DNA of 64,000 nucleotides from contig NW_026250425.1 of assembly GCF_024521635.1 (NCBI RefSeq), positions 496,001 through 560,000 of the forward strand, written 5' to 3'. The notes beneath the pieces were generated by a model. It was not told the origin of the DNA. It made no database searches and saw only the letters and a program-made list of their open reading frames with translations. Of the stretch, positions 36,393-47,730 are shown piece by piece. A program made the position numbers and the translations under genes. Position 1 is the stretch's first letter. The number at the start of each line of letters is the position of its first letter. The DNA is from Tricharina praecox. Its lineage: Eukaryota.

Positions 36393-37850
36393 ATGGCCGA
36401 TATCGCATCATCCTTTCCCGAGCTCTCCGGGGACCAAGTGGCCGGCCTGTGCTGCGTGGCCTGCTCCGAAGAATCGTGCCAGGACGATATCGCGAATTGT
36501 ATGCATATGCCCGGAGTCATCTACCTTCCCCCGCCCCAGCCCGACCCAAAGTACATGAAGAAACGAACGGTGCACTCTCGCCAGTCCGCGTTCGAGATGG
36601 CTCCTTGGACTATCTATGCGAAGAGTTCCAATACCGCCGCCGCTGCCACCACCACCACCACGCAACAGAAATCGAAACAATCGAAACAACAGAAACAACA
36701 GAAACGACCACAGCGACCGCAACAAAGGCAGAACCGAGTTACGAAGCGTTCCCCGAAGCCGTGGAGCGCATCGTCGACATCGACGGCATCTCAGTCGCCT
36801 GCAATAGCATCGCCAAAGCTTCAGGAAATGGTACTAGCTGTAGCAACAGGAGCATCGGCGGCTCGCATAGCACCATCGCCACCACAGGCATCGTCAAAAC
36901 TACCAGCAGCTTCACCACTTCCAGCAGCCTCACCACCGCCAGCAGCAGCACCAGCAGTACCACCACCAGCACCAGCACGAACACCAGCACCAAAATCAGC
37001 ACCACCACCAGAAGTAGCAGCGGCAGTAGCAGAGGTGGAAAAGGAGAAGCTAGAAAAAGCAAACAAGCCCGGCCAACAAGCGTCGCCAAAGCGTCGCAGG
37101 GAGAGACGCGGACACCATCAGTTGAGAGATTCAGCGGAAGCGATACCAAGGACCCGGAACACTCCACAACTCCTGCCTTCGCCGCAAAAGCAACAACAGC
37201 AACAAGCTTTTCAGCTTTCGGACGAAGAATGGGCATCTTTGATAGCGCCTCCACTCCTCCGCTGGGAGATGCCCTTCGTGTCGGACAACTCAGACGGCGA
37301 CCAGTTCGGGCTGCGCGATGGATTCCAGCTCCAGTATCAATTCCAGAACCAGCACCAGCAACAGTCCTCCCCTCCCCAACAACACCACCAGCAGCACCAG
37401 CACCAACATCAACAGCAATACGGGGGATATGCGGGGTACGAAGCTGGAGGTTTTGGTGTACCACCACAGCCAGAGCTAGTTCTCGACGAGTTTCTGCGTG
37501 AATTCCTGCCAGACGACTCACCTGTCGACCGACAAGGCTGGTACGACTTCCTCACCAAGCCGGACGGCGATAAGGACATCACACCCGGGTTTGCGGCTGC
37601 AACCGCAGCGCCATCCATGCTGATGCTAGGCGACAGGTTCGGCGGAGGCGGTGATTGCTTTTCCCCCACCGCGTTCGGGTGGCGAGGCTCGAACTTTGGA
37701 TTTGGAGGGATAGGGATGGGCATGGAGTTTTCCGGCTGCCAGTATGGAGCGGATGCTGTTGGAGTTGGAGTTGGAGTTGGGATTAGTAGCGGCTTCCTGG
37801 TGGACAGCAGCAGTAGCGGCAGCGGAGGTTATGTGGCTGAGACACTGTAG
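36393..37850 (+). CDS. Hypothetical low-complexity Gln/Pro/Ala-rich protein, about 485 aa, with a short N-terminal Cys cluster
   Basis: Long ORF; ATG at 36393 in CAACC-ATG-G context; CCVACSEESC motif; Gln-rich tracts. Confidence 0.65.
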   Translation: MADIASSFPELSGDQVAGLCCVACSEESCQDDIANCMHMPGVIYLPPPQPDPKYMKKRTVHSRQSAFEMAPWTIYAKSSNTAAAATTTTTQQKSKQSKQQKQQKRPQRPQQRQNRVTKRSPKPWSASSTSTASQSPAIASPKLQEMVLAVATGASAARIAPSPPQASSKLPAASPLPAASPPPAAAPAVPPPAPARTPAPKSAPPPEVAAAVAEVEKEKLEKANKPGQQASPKRRRERRGHHQLRDSAEAIPRTRNTPQLLPSPQKQQQQQAFQLSDEEWASLIAPPLLRWEMPFVSDNSDGDQFGLRDGFQLQYQFQNQHQQQSSPPQQHHQQHQHQHQQQYGGYAGYEAGGFGVPPQPELVLDEFLREFLPDDSPVDRQGWYDFLTKPDGDKDITPGFAAATAAPSMLMLGDRFGGGGDCFSPTAFGWRGSNFGFGGIGMGMEFSGCQYGADAVGVGVGVGISSGFLVDSSSSGSGGYVAETL

Positions 37851-40474
37851 TTCCGTTCGGAATCTGCTCTCTAGCGTGCTTCCTGTCATATGTGATGCGG
37901 CTACGCGATTGGACCGTGCGCGAGTGAGCAGTGAGCATACGCATGTATCCACGAGACGAACCGGCGGGATGATCTGGTTCAGGCGTCGGGAGTGGGTGGG
38001 GGGAGGAGGAGGGTTTGGTTTGCGAGGCATTACCTAGTGTGTTTTTGTCTCCACCCCCTCTATTCCTCTCCTTCAGCAGCATCTTCCTTTTCCAGGGCGT
38101 TTTGATGGTGGTGGATAGCAGGCCGGGGCTTTCTTGGTTTCTTGGTATCTTTCCATCTTTAGTTTTTCTTTCTTTCTTTCTTTCCTTCTTTCCTTCTGTA
38201 TCTTGCGGTGGGCAGAGGGCGCGTGGTCTGTACTCTGATGGGCTCTGGAGTTTGATGTTTGCATTGCATGTTTTGGCCGGTAGTTGCACTTTTATCAAGA
38301 TCACACACCACCATACGTCTTCTTTCTCGTGCCTCTGGTCCACGGCGGCGGCGGCGAAGTGTCCATCGTTTCTTGCGTATCATCCCATCATCCCACCATC
38401 CATCCATATATTACCGCATAACTGCATAGCTGCATAACTGCATCATGCAACAGCACGCAGCGCCGTCCGTCCGTATCAGTTTCCAAGCGCAAGGACGGGG
38501 GAGCTGCCGTGGTCTGGGTCTGGTTTGTTTCTTTTCTTTTCCCTTCGTTCCTTCCTTCTGCTTTAGATGCACACACAGCACAGCTGCGGCGACACTTCGG
38601 TCCCGGGGCGGGGGACTGTCATAGAATCAATGCAAGCCTGCTCGTGAGTCGTGAGGGCAAAGAGTTTGTGCATCACGGCGTCTGTATGTACGTAAGCAAG
38701 TACGAGATCAGATCCACAGCGTCGTACGATGTATCTGCTCCCGTAACATGACTCGTAACCAGTAACCAGTAACCAGTCATCGTCCGGCCGGGCGTGCGTG
38801 GCTCTCCCTGCGTCACACCACACCACGGCGGCGACGGAGACGGCGGTGGAGACACGCATACGCATAGGTATACGCATGTGCGTCTGATCCGTCGAATGGC
38901 AACCCGTGGGATGCATAGCTGCTCCACGCTTGCGCGTCTGGAGCCTCGAGGAACCCACCAGGCGGGGGGAGAGGGGGCCTGATTGGAATTTGGGCGGCGT
39001 TGCGATGGTGTGCATGGAATTACATGGAATTGCCGATGTATGTGGACGGTGGCCACGGGAACGAGGCCAAGCGGTGGCGGGAGTGCTGGAGTGGTGGAGT
39101 GCTGGAGAGGAGTGCAGGAGGCCGTGGGGATCGCGGACTCGTGGTGAAGCGGAGTGGTGATGGAGTGGTGGAGTATCCTCCGGTGGGAACTGGGCTTGCG
39201 CCAAGTGAGCCTCAACCCCCTTCACGAACTCGCAATCAGAAATACCGGTAGAAGGTATACGGTATGCGAGGGGTGGAGGCCGCCAACTCGCCGAGCCCAG
39301 AGACAAAAATGCATATGATGATTAAAATAGAAAACAAAAACGAAAGTGTGAGACTCATCATTCTAGAACTCCAGTCTCCCGCCCGTTAAGCCTCCATTCG
39401 TCCCTTCCCTTCGTGGCTTTCTTCCTTCCTCCCCCTTCGTAGCTTTCTTCGTCGCTCGTATCCAAGCCCAAGCCCAACTCAAAATCCAAGCCCACCCCTC
39501 CTCCTGGTTCCTCACCAAACAACAACCATCACGATCGATCGAAGCCGTTGAGCATTAGGCCTCGCCACCCCGCACCCCCATTCACCGATCACATCTGCAG
39601 GCGAGCGAGCAAACTCCCCATGCCCTTCCCCATCCCCATCATTTGCCGGGAGGGAAAAAACAAATATTCAGCAATACCACCAAACAGACGAAAATCTCCG
39701 ACCAGGGATGAATCGGGGGGTGTGGCGCTGGCTGGCAGGGAATCGCCGGGGACGGCAGGGAGAGATTGTGTCGTGACTCGTGAGCCGTAAACGTGAGCAA
39801 TCACGATTCACGATAGAGGCGGTGGTGAGTGGGTGGGTGGGACGGATGGAGGTGGTGGGTGCGGGAAGGGGAAGGGTGGGGGAAGGGAAGGGTAATGCAC
39901 GGTCCAGGTGCAGGTGCACATGCATGTGGGTGGCTTGGAGGATTGACGCCGTCGGACGGATGGATTGGCCGTTGTGTGTTAAACAGTTACTGGGGGCGGG
40001 GGGAAGGGAATGGGGTGGGGGGCATAAGTAGGTGGTGCGGCGTGGGTGCTGTTGGTTATGCATGTACAAATGCTGCACTGATTGTACTACATACTACATA
40101 CCCGTACAGCGGGGCGAGGAATTGAGTGCGTTGGTTGGTGTTTGGAAGGACATGACGTGGAGAGCTGAAGCCAGTCCATCCATCGTGCTCGTGGGACATG
40201 ATGCATCACGGATGGCTACCTAGGTCGATACTCTACATAGCAACAGTTTTTTTCGTCTCGGAGGTCCCCTAGGGCTGGCCTGTAGTGCGAATTCGCTCTT
40301 CATGCGAAAACAAAATCAAAACCTACGCCCTTGTCGGCCCGAAAAACCCACAGTCCTGCATTTATCCCCTAGATATGCTTCTGATCACTGGGCCCTCGTT
40401 AAGGCAAAAAGTGCCCACAGCCTCGGGATCCGATTCTGCCATGTACCAGTACAATCTGCATTCTGCAGAGTGTT

Positions 40475-42187
40475 CTACATACATAGGTAGCCGTATGATG
40501 TATTCCCGTCCGACCGTCGTCTTTCGCCGCATGTACCGCAGAAGACCACATCTTTGGAGTTGCGGTACCGCGGCGGACATGACACATTGCAGCACTTCCA
40601 TGTTGCGAGATCGTCGCGATCCAACAAGACGTTCATGCACGCTAGGCAGGTTGCTGCCCCGGCCCTGTTGGTGCAGGAGCACACAGGACATGTTTGCGGT
40701 GAATCAGCGGATACAGTCGGACGACTGGTCACTGGTGGTGGTGGTGTGGCTGCTGACGATGCAGTTGGAAAAATATTCGTGCCCGGTTGAGCTGGGGTAT
40801 GTTTGCTGCGCTTTGCACGCAGGGGATCTGCCGGTGGCTGCCTGATGTTTGATATGGATGGAGATGGAGATGAAGATTGGGTTTGCCTCGCCTCCTCCGT
40901 GTCGGACGATAGATCGATGATGGGGGTGTGGTGATTCACCACGGCTTTCGACCTCGCTGTGGGCTGACCGGCGGATGTGGCACGTGGCTTTGCGGGTTGT
41001 TTGCTTCCTGAACCACAGGCACCCCCCCCCAGTAGCCCGATGAGCTCTCGATCCATCTCGTCCATCTCCTCTTTTCCATCCTGCTCTCCACTCACGGCAA
41101 CCATGAACTTTCCGCCACCAACATTGACAGCCTTCTCGTCCTCGCTCTCGCTATTCGTAACACCTTCCTCATCCCGATCCGCTTCCTTAGTCTCCTCTTT
41201 CTTATCTTCAACTTTCTCGAACCTCGCCAACGCCGCCGCTGCCCGTAATTCGCGGCCACGCTTACTCTGAGCCACCCTCGGCTTCGGTTTTCTATCCGCC
41301 GTGTCGACGTCGGCAACGAGACTCTTCCCCTCTCCAGCCATCCCAAACTTGCGCTCTATCCTTCGCCTCTTCGTTTCCGCGTAGCTCAGCCTTTCCCTTG
41401 GCGCCCGGACCCGGTGCTTAGTCCTGTCACGGTAGGTGCCGCCGCAGATGTGCTGCGGCATCTCGGACTCCGCCAGTGGCCGGTCGTGCGTATACTGTTC
41501 GCTGACTAGTTCACGCCCCGCGGACCAAAAGCCTTCGCCCGTGTAGTCGCGCGCGTGAAGGGCATCAAGAAGCCGGGCAAATTTGTTGCGGACCGCCCAA
41601 AAGGATGAGGAGTGGTTCTGTAGTGGGGCTTCATGTCAGAAATGCTGGGGGAAAAGAGTGGAGCAGTCCGTGATTACCATCTGCTTGTTGTGTGCCAGCT
41701 CGTGGATCATGACTCCTTGTACAAACTTGAACGGTAGCCATTGTCCGGTTTTTGGATGTTTTAGAACAAGCTGGATACATGCGCCCGCGTTGACTATTGG
41801 TTAGTCGGTTAATGATACTTCCCATCCTGATACCGTGGAGAGGAGTACACACAGTTTCGTCCCCAGAATTCATCGTTTGCTGGGAATTCGTCCAGGCTAC
41901 ATTCATAGCTTTGTCAGCGTGATGTCGACGTCGAGGAGGAAGGAAAATGCGTAGGTGTACTTCATAACAGCAAGGCCATTATCCTTCATGATGGGATATA
42001 CAATGGCCGCAATGCGTTCCAGGTAGTCTTGGGCGATCGCCTTATCTGCGTCCTCGAGCGGCGTGATGAAGTTGATGAGGTCATTGGGCGAACGGCGACG
42101 CACGTTGATTCCTAGTAGTGTCTGTCAGTATTATCTCCGTCATAAAAGATGAGGTGGAAACAGCTTACTCTCTATTCCGAGAGGCAT
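40475..42187 (-). CDS. WLM-domain (Wss1-like) zinc metalloprotease with two C-terminal C4 zinc fingers, 490 aa. Exons 42187-42169, 42111-41961, 41896-41853, 41793-41678, 41617-40475
   Basis: Spliced MPLGIERINVRRRSPND..LERIAAIVYPIMK..EFWGRNFNAGACIQLVLK..VMIHELAHNKQMNHSSSFW (HExxH)..YTGEGFW, PRVAQSKRGRELRAAAALARFE, C-terminal CPVC..CLAC and WKC..C..CGTCG. Confidence 0.9.
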
Positions 42188-42511
42188 CGTATTATATCTT
42201 GTGCTTATGGCAGTGGAATCGCGATATGGTAACGTGCGATGGTCGTGGTGAGGTGTACTTGTACAGGGAGACGTGTATAACACCATATCCAGCACGCGGC
42301 GGATTTTAGCGTATTCTGGCGCATTCTTGCACGTGAATGTCGGCAAGTTCCGGTGCTGCTGCAGTCACTCGTGGCCAGTCCATAGAAGGCACCGGTCCAT
42401 TCTCTCCTCGCAGGCATACCAGCGACCTTCTTCAAGCCCCGAGCGCTGTTCAACCTTGGCATCTATTATCCCTATTCTTAGCACAGGATATCTACTCCAA
42501 TATCCTGCAGC

Positions 42512-44355
42512 ATGACCACTGCAGAGTACAACAATATCTACTCAAAACGGAATCCTACAATCCTTCTCACACTACTTGAGTCTGCTTGTTTCTCTCCGCG
42601 TCTTGCTGGCGTGCTGTGCTGACACGACCGAGTCCAGCCTGTTTGGAGTCCCCGAGGTTTGCTCCTGCATCATCAGGAACCTCTCTCGCCGTTCGATTCT
42701 ATGTCTTACACTCGTCTACTCTGGGTTCTACCGTCTGCTTCATCAGCAGATTTACTCGTACATCAAGATTGGAAACCTCGAAACCCTCCACAAGCTCGTA
42801 CGGACAGTCCGGAGCCCGGTCAACATTGGGGCTCTTGGGGGCAGCACTCCGAAAGATATCAAGCGATTGATATTGAGCATTGGCGAGGACACGGACGGAC
42901 CGAAAGCCATATCGTTGTCCGCAGGTCTTCAGGTCATTATCTGGTACATGCTCTGTCTCCTATGGGATTAGATGAGATACTGATTCTTTTTTCCCTTCGA
43001 TTATAGCCACTGTCCGAATGTCGCCATCAGCTTAAGGGTGATGGATAAGTTCTGCCACGAGCAGCCGATCATCGCCTTCGACGAAGAGTTCTTCCCTCGA
43101 GTTGACTTTCTACTTCTCTGCTCGCCGAACAAGCAGAAGTTCAGCCGCGAATACATAACAAACTGCGTCGAGAACATTTTCGCCTCCTCAGCCTCGGCCA
43201 CGTCCGCCCCCTTGCCCTACCCAGGGCCGGGCCTTCCAGCCTCTTCGTTCCAAGTGATCCCCAGCCGCCGCGGTACAGTACAAGATCCCGAGCTTGGAGT
43301 CCTCTGTCGTCCGACAGTGCCGTTCTGGCGAGGGTTGCTCGGTGGACATTCATTTCCCGACCTGGAGTTCCTGCGCATCGACCATGAGCCCGTGTCAGAG
43401 ACAGATATACTCTGCAGGGGACCACAACTGCAAGGCTCCATTCAGATTCGTCCTGCCGATGTCGAAGGCGTGAAACGGCTTGTCTGGTTCGACGTGAGCT
43501 ACTGCCCAGAATTCAACGACTCGATACTCAGCGCGACGTTGCCCTGGATGGCGATGAATCTCACGGGGTTGCGACTCGACAGCAATCCCTGGCTGACCTA
43601 TGGAGGTTATCACCCCGTCCCAAAGTTCCATCCTTCCATCGAGCTAACACTAAACAGGAATATCGCGCCTCCTCCACCGCAACCTCCCCAACCTCCGCTT
43701 CTTCCAGCTAACCGCCTCCGCCTCGAACGCCTCCGCCGAGCACTCGCAGCGTCAGTTCCTGCGCTCCCGGCGATCGCACGCGCACCCGCACCTGTGCCCG
43801 CTCCTCCGGCGTTTCTGCCAAAACATCAAGCAAGTGCACATCAGCATCCCGTACATCTGCCGCGACGTGCTTCTCAGCGAGCGGCGCAGCAAGCTCATGG
43901 ACACGGTGCTGCGAAAGCGCCAGGGAAAGGGGGAAGAAGAAGAAGAAGAAGCAAGCTACGCCATCGAGAGGCACTTCGATGAGCTCGCGCCGGGAAGATG
44001 CAAGCGCAGCCTGGAACCGACGGGGAACGGCTATGCGAGGGCTTATATCGCGGCGCATATGTGTCGCCCAGAGGATCATGCCGTCTGGGCGGTGCTGGTC
44101 GCCGCCAATTATAATAACATCATGTGGATCTTTGGATGTGCGTTCCCCTCTCTCCTATATCCTCCTTCCTCCTTCCTCCTTCCGACTGAGACGAGATGAT
44201 GGCTGACGGCATGCAATACAGTGGAGGAGAAGCTTAGCTGCATTACGGTCAACCCACAGATGGAAGCGACTAGCTACCCGTGGAGTGCAGTGGATACATT
44301 GATTAGAGAGTATATGCATAAACCGAATCTCCCCTGTAAGAAATTTAGGTCTTGA
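42512..44355 (+). CDS. Putative F-box-like protein, 528 aa. Exons 42512-42579, 42638-42943, 43007-43605, 43658-44137, 44222-44355
   Basis: Four phase-compatible introns (donors 1 and 3 are weak). N-terminal LLDLFGVPEVCSCIIRNLSRRSILCLTLVYSGFYRLLHQQIY resembles a fungal F-box; LRR-like LTGLRLDSNPWLTYGGISRLL and HLCPLL follow. Confidence 0.6.
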
Positions 44356-45765
44356 GGGTAGTGGATTGATGGATTAATGGATGCATGGATGGTCCATGGA
44401 TGGGGTTGGAGAATGATGGAAGTACGGCGATTCCGATAAGGAAGGTATGTAGTAGATAAGATCATGGTCGTGCTTGTTCTGAATGAACAAAGATGTGATT
44501 CCCAAGTACCTATGAGATGCCTAAGGGTGTTGTCCCTTTGTCTTGCCAGGATGTAGAGTGCTCAAGCGTAATCATTCTGCATCACTCGTGCTCTGGTCAG
44601 GAGCCAAGTTGTTACTTGTTGGGAAGAATAGTATTGCAAGCAGGAATAGCTAGCTAGCAGTGAGAACGTAGAAGAATGGATGCCCACGGGTCGAATAGCT
44701 CAAGCATAGTGACCGGTACAGAAGAAGGTGGCTACCCCTTCCAAGGCCACTAGTAACTGATCACAAAACAGCATCTCCGAGAATGAGTTTCCCGAGGCCA
44801 ACAAGGCTGAGCACTGGGAGCATTGATATCAGCGTCAAACCCGCCACTGGGTTCCAAGCTGCGCGTCATCCAATGGTGCTTGCGAGGCCGATTGACGGAT
44901 TTCTGGAAGGAATATCATGAACCGTACCTATTACCCTCAGAGGTGCCAAGGTGCCTATATCTTCCTGCTTCCCCTATTCATGCCCGGTTACTTTTTTGCT
45001 TGCTCTCCTTACATACAAATAAACGATCTCGTTCAAAGAGTCAGAGACTCATCGCACGTCACTCGCGCTCTCCGCCTCCACGAATCCACGGTTCGAGTGA
45101 ACCTGCTTCCATATTTCATTATGTTCGAGCCTGCTGAACAGTGTCTGTAGTGGTTCATCCACCATTAGCTCGTATCGACGATTGCCTCGTTGAATAGAGT
45201 ACCTAGTATTACTGACAATCACGTTGAATCACTCGCCTCTCGACCCTCGTACTTGAAAATTGACCGAATTCTCGGCACAGAATCACGTTTCGCCGGTGGC
45301 GCTATAGATATTTATGTCGTCGGACTACATTTAGAGACTAGATGGCGAGGGAAACACGGCAGTCAGCGACACTTCGAAGTCGCAGACCGTCATCCCCTCA
45401 TGGTTAACACAGCACTGTCGTCAGATAACCCAAGTGACTCGGTACGCAGTGGCGCAACGAACTGTGTGGTAGCGGGTTTCCCACCCTGTCCCTCTGCGGG
45501 AGAGCAGGAGAGTTTGGTTTGGTTCGCCATGTGTAATTCTGTAAGGCTGTAGTTATGCGGAATGGATTGATGTTCTCTCTCACCAAGTAGTAGAGTAAGT
45601 TGGAACATAGCAGTCATGATCAGACACGGTCGTTTTTGAGATGAGCAAAAAAGAACCACATTAAGCAAGTTGAAATCTATGATACAAAGACACCCAAAGA
45701 ATAAACCAACGCCAGATGGAGAAAGAGAAACAACGGGAAAGGTTCCTGAGCACGTAAACCCCTCC

Positions 45766-46968
45766 TCACACCAGGAGGCCCATCGACTGCTGCTGTTTGA
45801 GCGCCGCCTTCCCGGCCGCCACCGATCTCTCGCCCTCCGACAGTGGGTACGGCGCGTCCCACGGACTGCTGTACCCACTTCCACTTCCACCACTACTGCT
45901 CCCGCTGCTCTGGGAGCCGAAGCTGACATGTCTCTGCGCAGGATGAACTAGATGGGCGGGCGGAGCCGCGCTTTTCCCCAGAAACTGTGTGTGCGGATTC
46001 GACATTGGGACTCTTGGGGTGGGCATGGGGGAAGCGATGACAGTTGCGGACGCGGAGCTGGAGGCGCTTGCCGCAGCCAGTCCGTCGACAACCCCGCCAT
46101 CGACCACATGTGCGTTCGTCGTGAGCTCCTCCTGGATGTTCAGCGACCACTCCTTGAGTTCCTCCTCGGCATCGAGGATGATCTGGCGCGCCTCACGCTC
46201 GTACTCGAATGGCGGGAGGGTCTCGCCTGGAACCACCGGGCTGTCGTCGAGGAGGTTGAGCATCCGCAGGCCGTGCCGCGCAATCATCGTTTGCTTATCG
46301 GCGCGCTCGATGACGGCCACGAATTGTGCCGCGAAGGCCTCCTTCAGCTTACTCCGCGTAACATTCGTGAGCTGCGCCTCGGCAACCAGATTCTCCGCCT
46401 CAGCACGCACAAGTTCCTGCTCGAGCAGCGAGATGCGCGTGCTCGTCGGGTCCTTATACTGCAGCTTCCGTATCTCGTCATGGATCTTCGCCTTATGGTC
46501 ACGGCTGGGCTGCACACTGCTCTCAGTATTCCGGATCTGCTTCAGCACGCTGCGGTACTCCTCAAGGTTCTGCGCGAACGCCTCCTCCTGCGCGCCGAGC
46601 TCCGACAGCAGCACACCGAGCTTGTCCGAGAGCTCGTTTACGGCGTCGTCGCCCGTTTGCTCGCCCCATTCGCTGAGTTGCGTGGCGATGGACTGTCGCT
46701 CGTGCCCTGCGGCCTCGTACGAGTCGATTACGTGGTTCTCCGACTTGATAAGTCGGTAGAGCCGCCGCGATAGCTCCGGCTGGTAGTTCCCGCGCAGCGA
46801 GGCGAGCGTGAAGCGGTGCTTTTTGGTCGGCGGTGGCACGGATGTCGAAGTATCGCGGGAGCGGCCGCGGACGCTGAGGGAGCGGGAGCGCGACGTGGGT
46901 TTGGTGGATTGGGAGCGGCCGACGGGCGCGGCGGTCTTGGTAGTATAGGGAGGCGGGAGGAGCGGCAT
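45766..46968 (-). CDS. pilB: Eisosome Pil1/Lsp1-family BAR-domain protein, PilB-like, 400 aa
   Basis: QPELSRRLYRLIKSEN, QLSEWGEQTGDDAVNELSDKLGVLL, LKQIRNTESSVQPSR, LEQELVRAEAENLVAEAQLTNVTRSKLKEA, LLDDSPVVPG. Confidence 0.9.
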   Translation of the reverse strand: MPLLPPPYTTKTAAPVGRSQSTKPTSRSRSLSVRGRSRDTSTSVPPPTKKHRFTLASLRGNYQPELSRRLYRLIKSENHVIDSYEAAGHERQSIATQLSEWGEQTGDDAVNELSDKLGVLLSELGAQEEAFAQNLEEYRSVLKQIRNTESSVQPSRDHKAKIHDEIRKLQYKDPTSTRISLLEQELVRAEAENLVAEAQLTNVTRSKLKEAFAAQFVAVIERADKQTMIARHGLRMLNLLDDSPVVPGETLPPFEYEREARQIILDAEEELKEWSLNIQEELTTNAHVVDGGVVDGLAAASASSSASATVIASPMPTPRVPMSNPHTQFLGKSAAPPAHLVHPAQRHVSFGSQSSGSSSGGSGSGYSSPWDAPYPLSEGERSVAAGKAALKQQQSMGLLV

Positions 46969-47730
46969 TTTTGCTGGGTTCGAATCAGATGTGAATCGGG
47001 AATGCTGTAGTTAGGAGTGCAGAAGTGAATTGAAGACCGGCTTGGGGAGTCGGAGAGCTGGCTGGAGGCGCATTGTTATATAGGTACATTCCTGCTTGGG
47101 GGGAATTCACGATGCGCGCTCAGAATAGAAGTATTTGCGGGAGGAAGGGTCGGCCGTTTCAACGAAGCGCTTCGGCGGGCGTGGAAATAGCTAGCTGGCG
47201 GAGAATCGGTCATGTCTGGAGTGCTGGGTTGAATGGAGAATCTACAGTAAGGGTCTTGCCGCTGGTGTCGCCAAACCGAAGGGCAGAGCAGGGTTCGAAT
47301 GGGAGCTGGGGACCTGGGGTAACCGGTAGTTAGCTGCCTGGTGAAACAGCCCAAATTTGGAAGCGCTTGTAAGTCGAGTAGGAGAGGTTCTGTTTCTGCG
47401 AAGCCTCTGAGTATGTAGAAAATCACTTCGGGAGCTGGTTTATCCGTCGTCGAATGGTTGTGAAGAATTCTCTCCAGATAGTTGACTGTCGTGTGATTAG
47501 AGAGCGCACAGTGTGATGAGGAAATGCGAGGTCTTGTGGTGGGGAGCAGGTCCCAGGAGGTGCATGGCGGGGAAGTCCGAGACACGCGTCGCGCCGTAGA
47601 GCCGCCTCATAGCTAGTGCCGTCGTCCACGAAGCTCGTGAGGAACACCGAAGAAAGTACTCAGCTACAAACTCGTCACGAAACCAAAAAGATACCTTCTT
47701 TGCAGCCGCATCTCTACCTTCGGGTCCACA

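Noticed and set aside
37851..40474. ORFs of 130-250 aa in the gap between the convergent orphan and WLM genes
   Set aside because: Low-complexity, mutually overlapping, and without domain or splice support.
45952..46773. Long antisense ORFs over pilB (similarly 3070-3933, 26737-27594, 56691-57413)
   Set aside because: Shadows of GC-rich codon usage in well-supported genes on the opposite strand.
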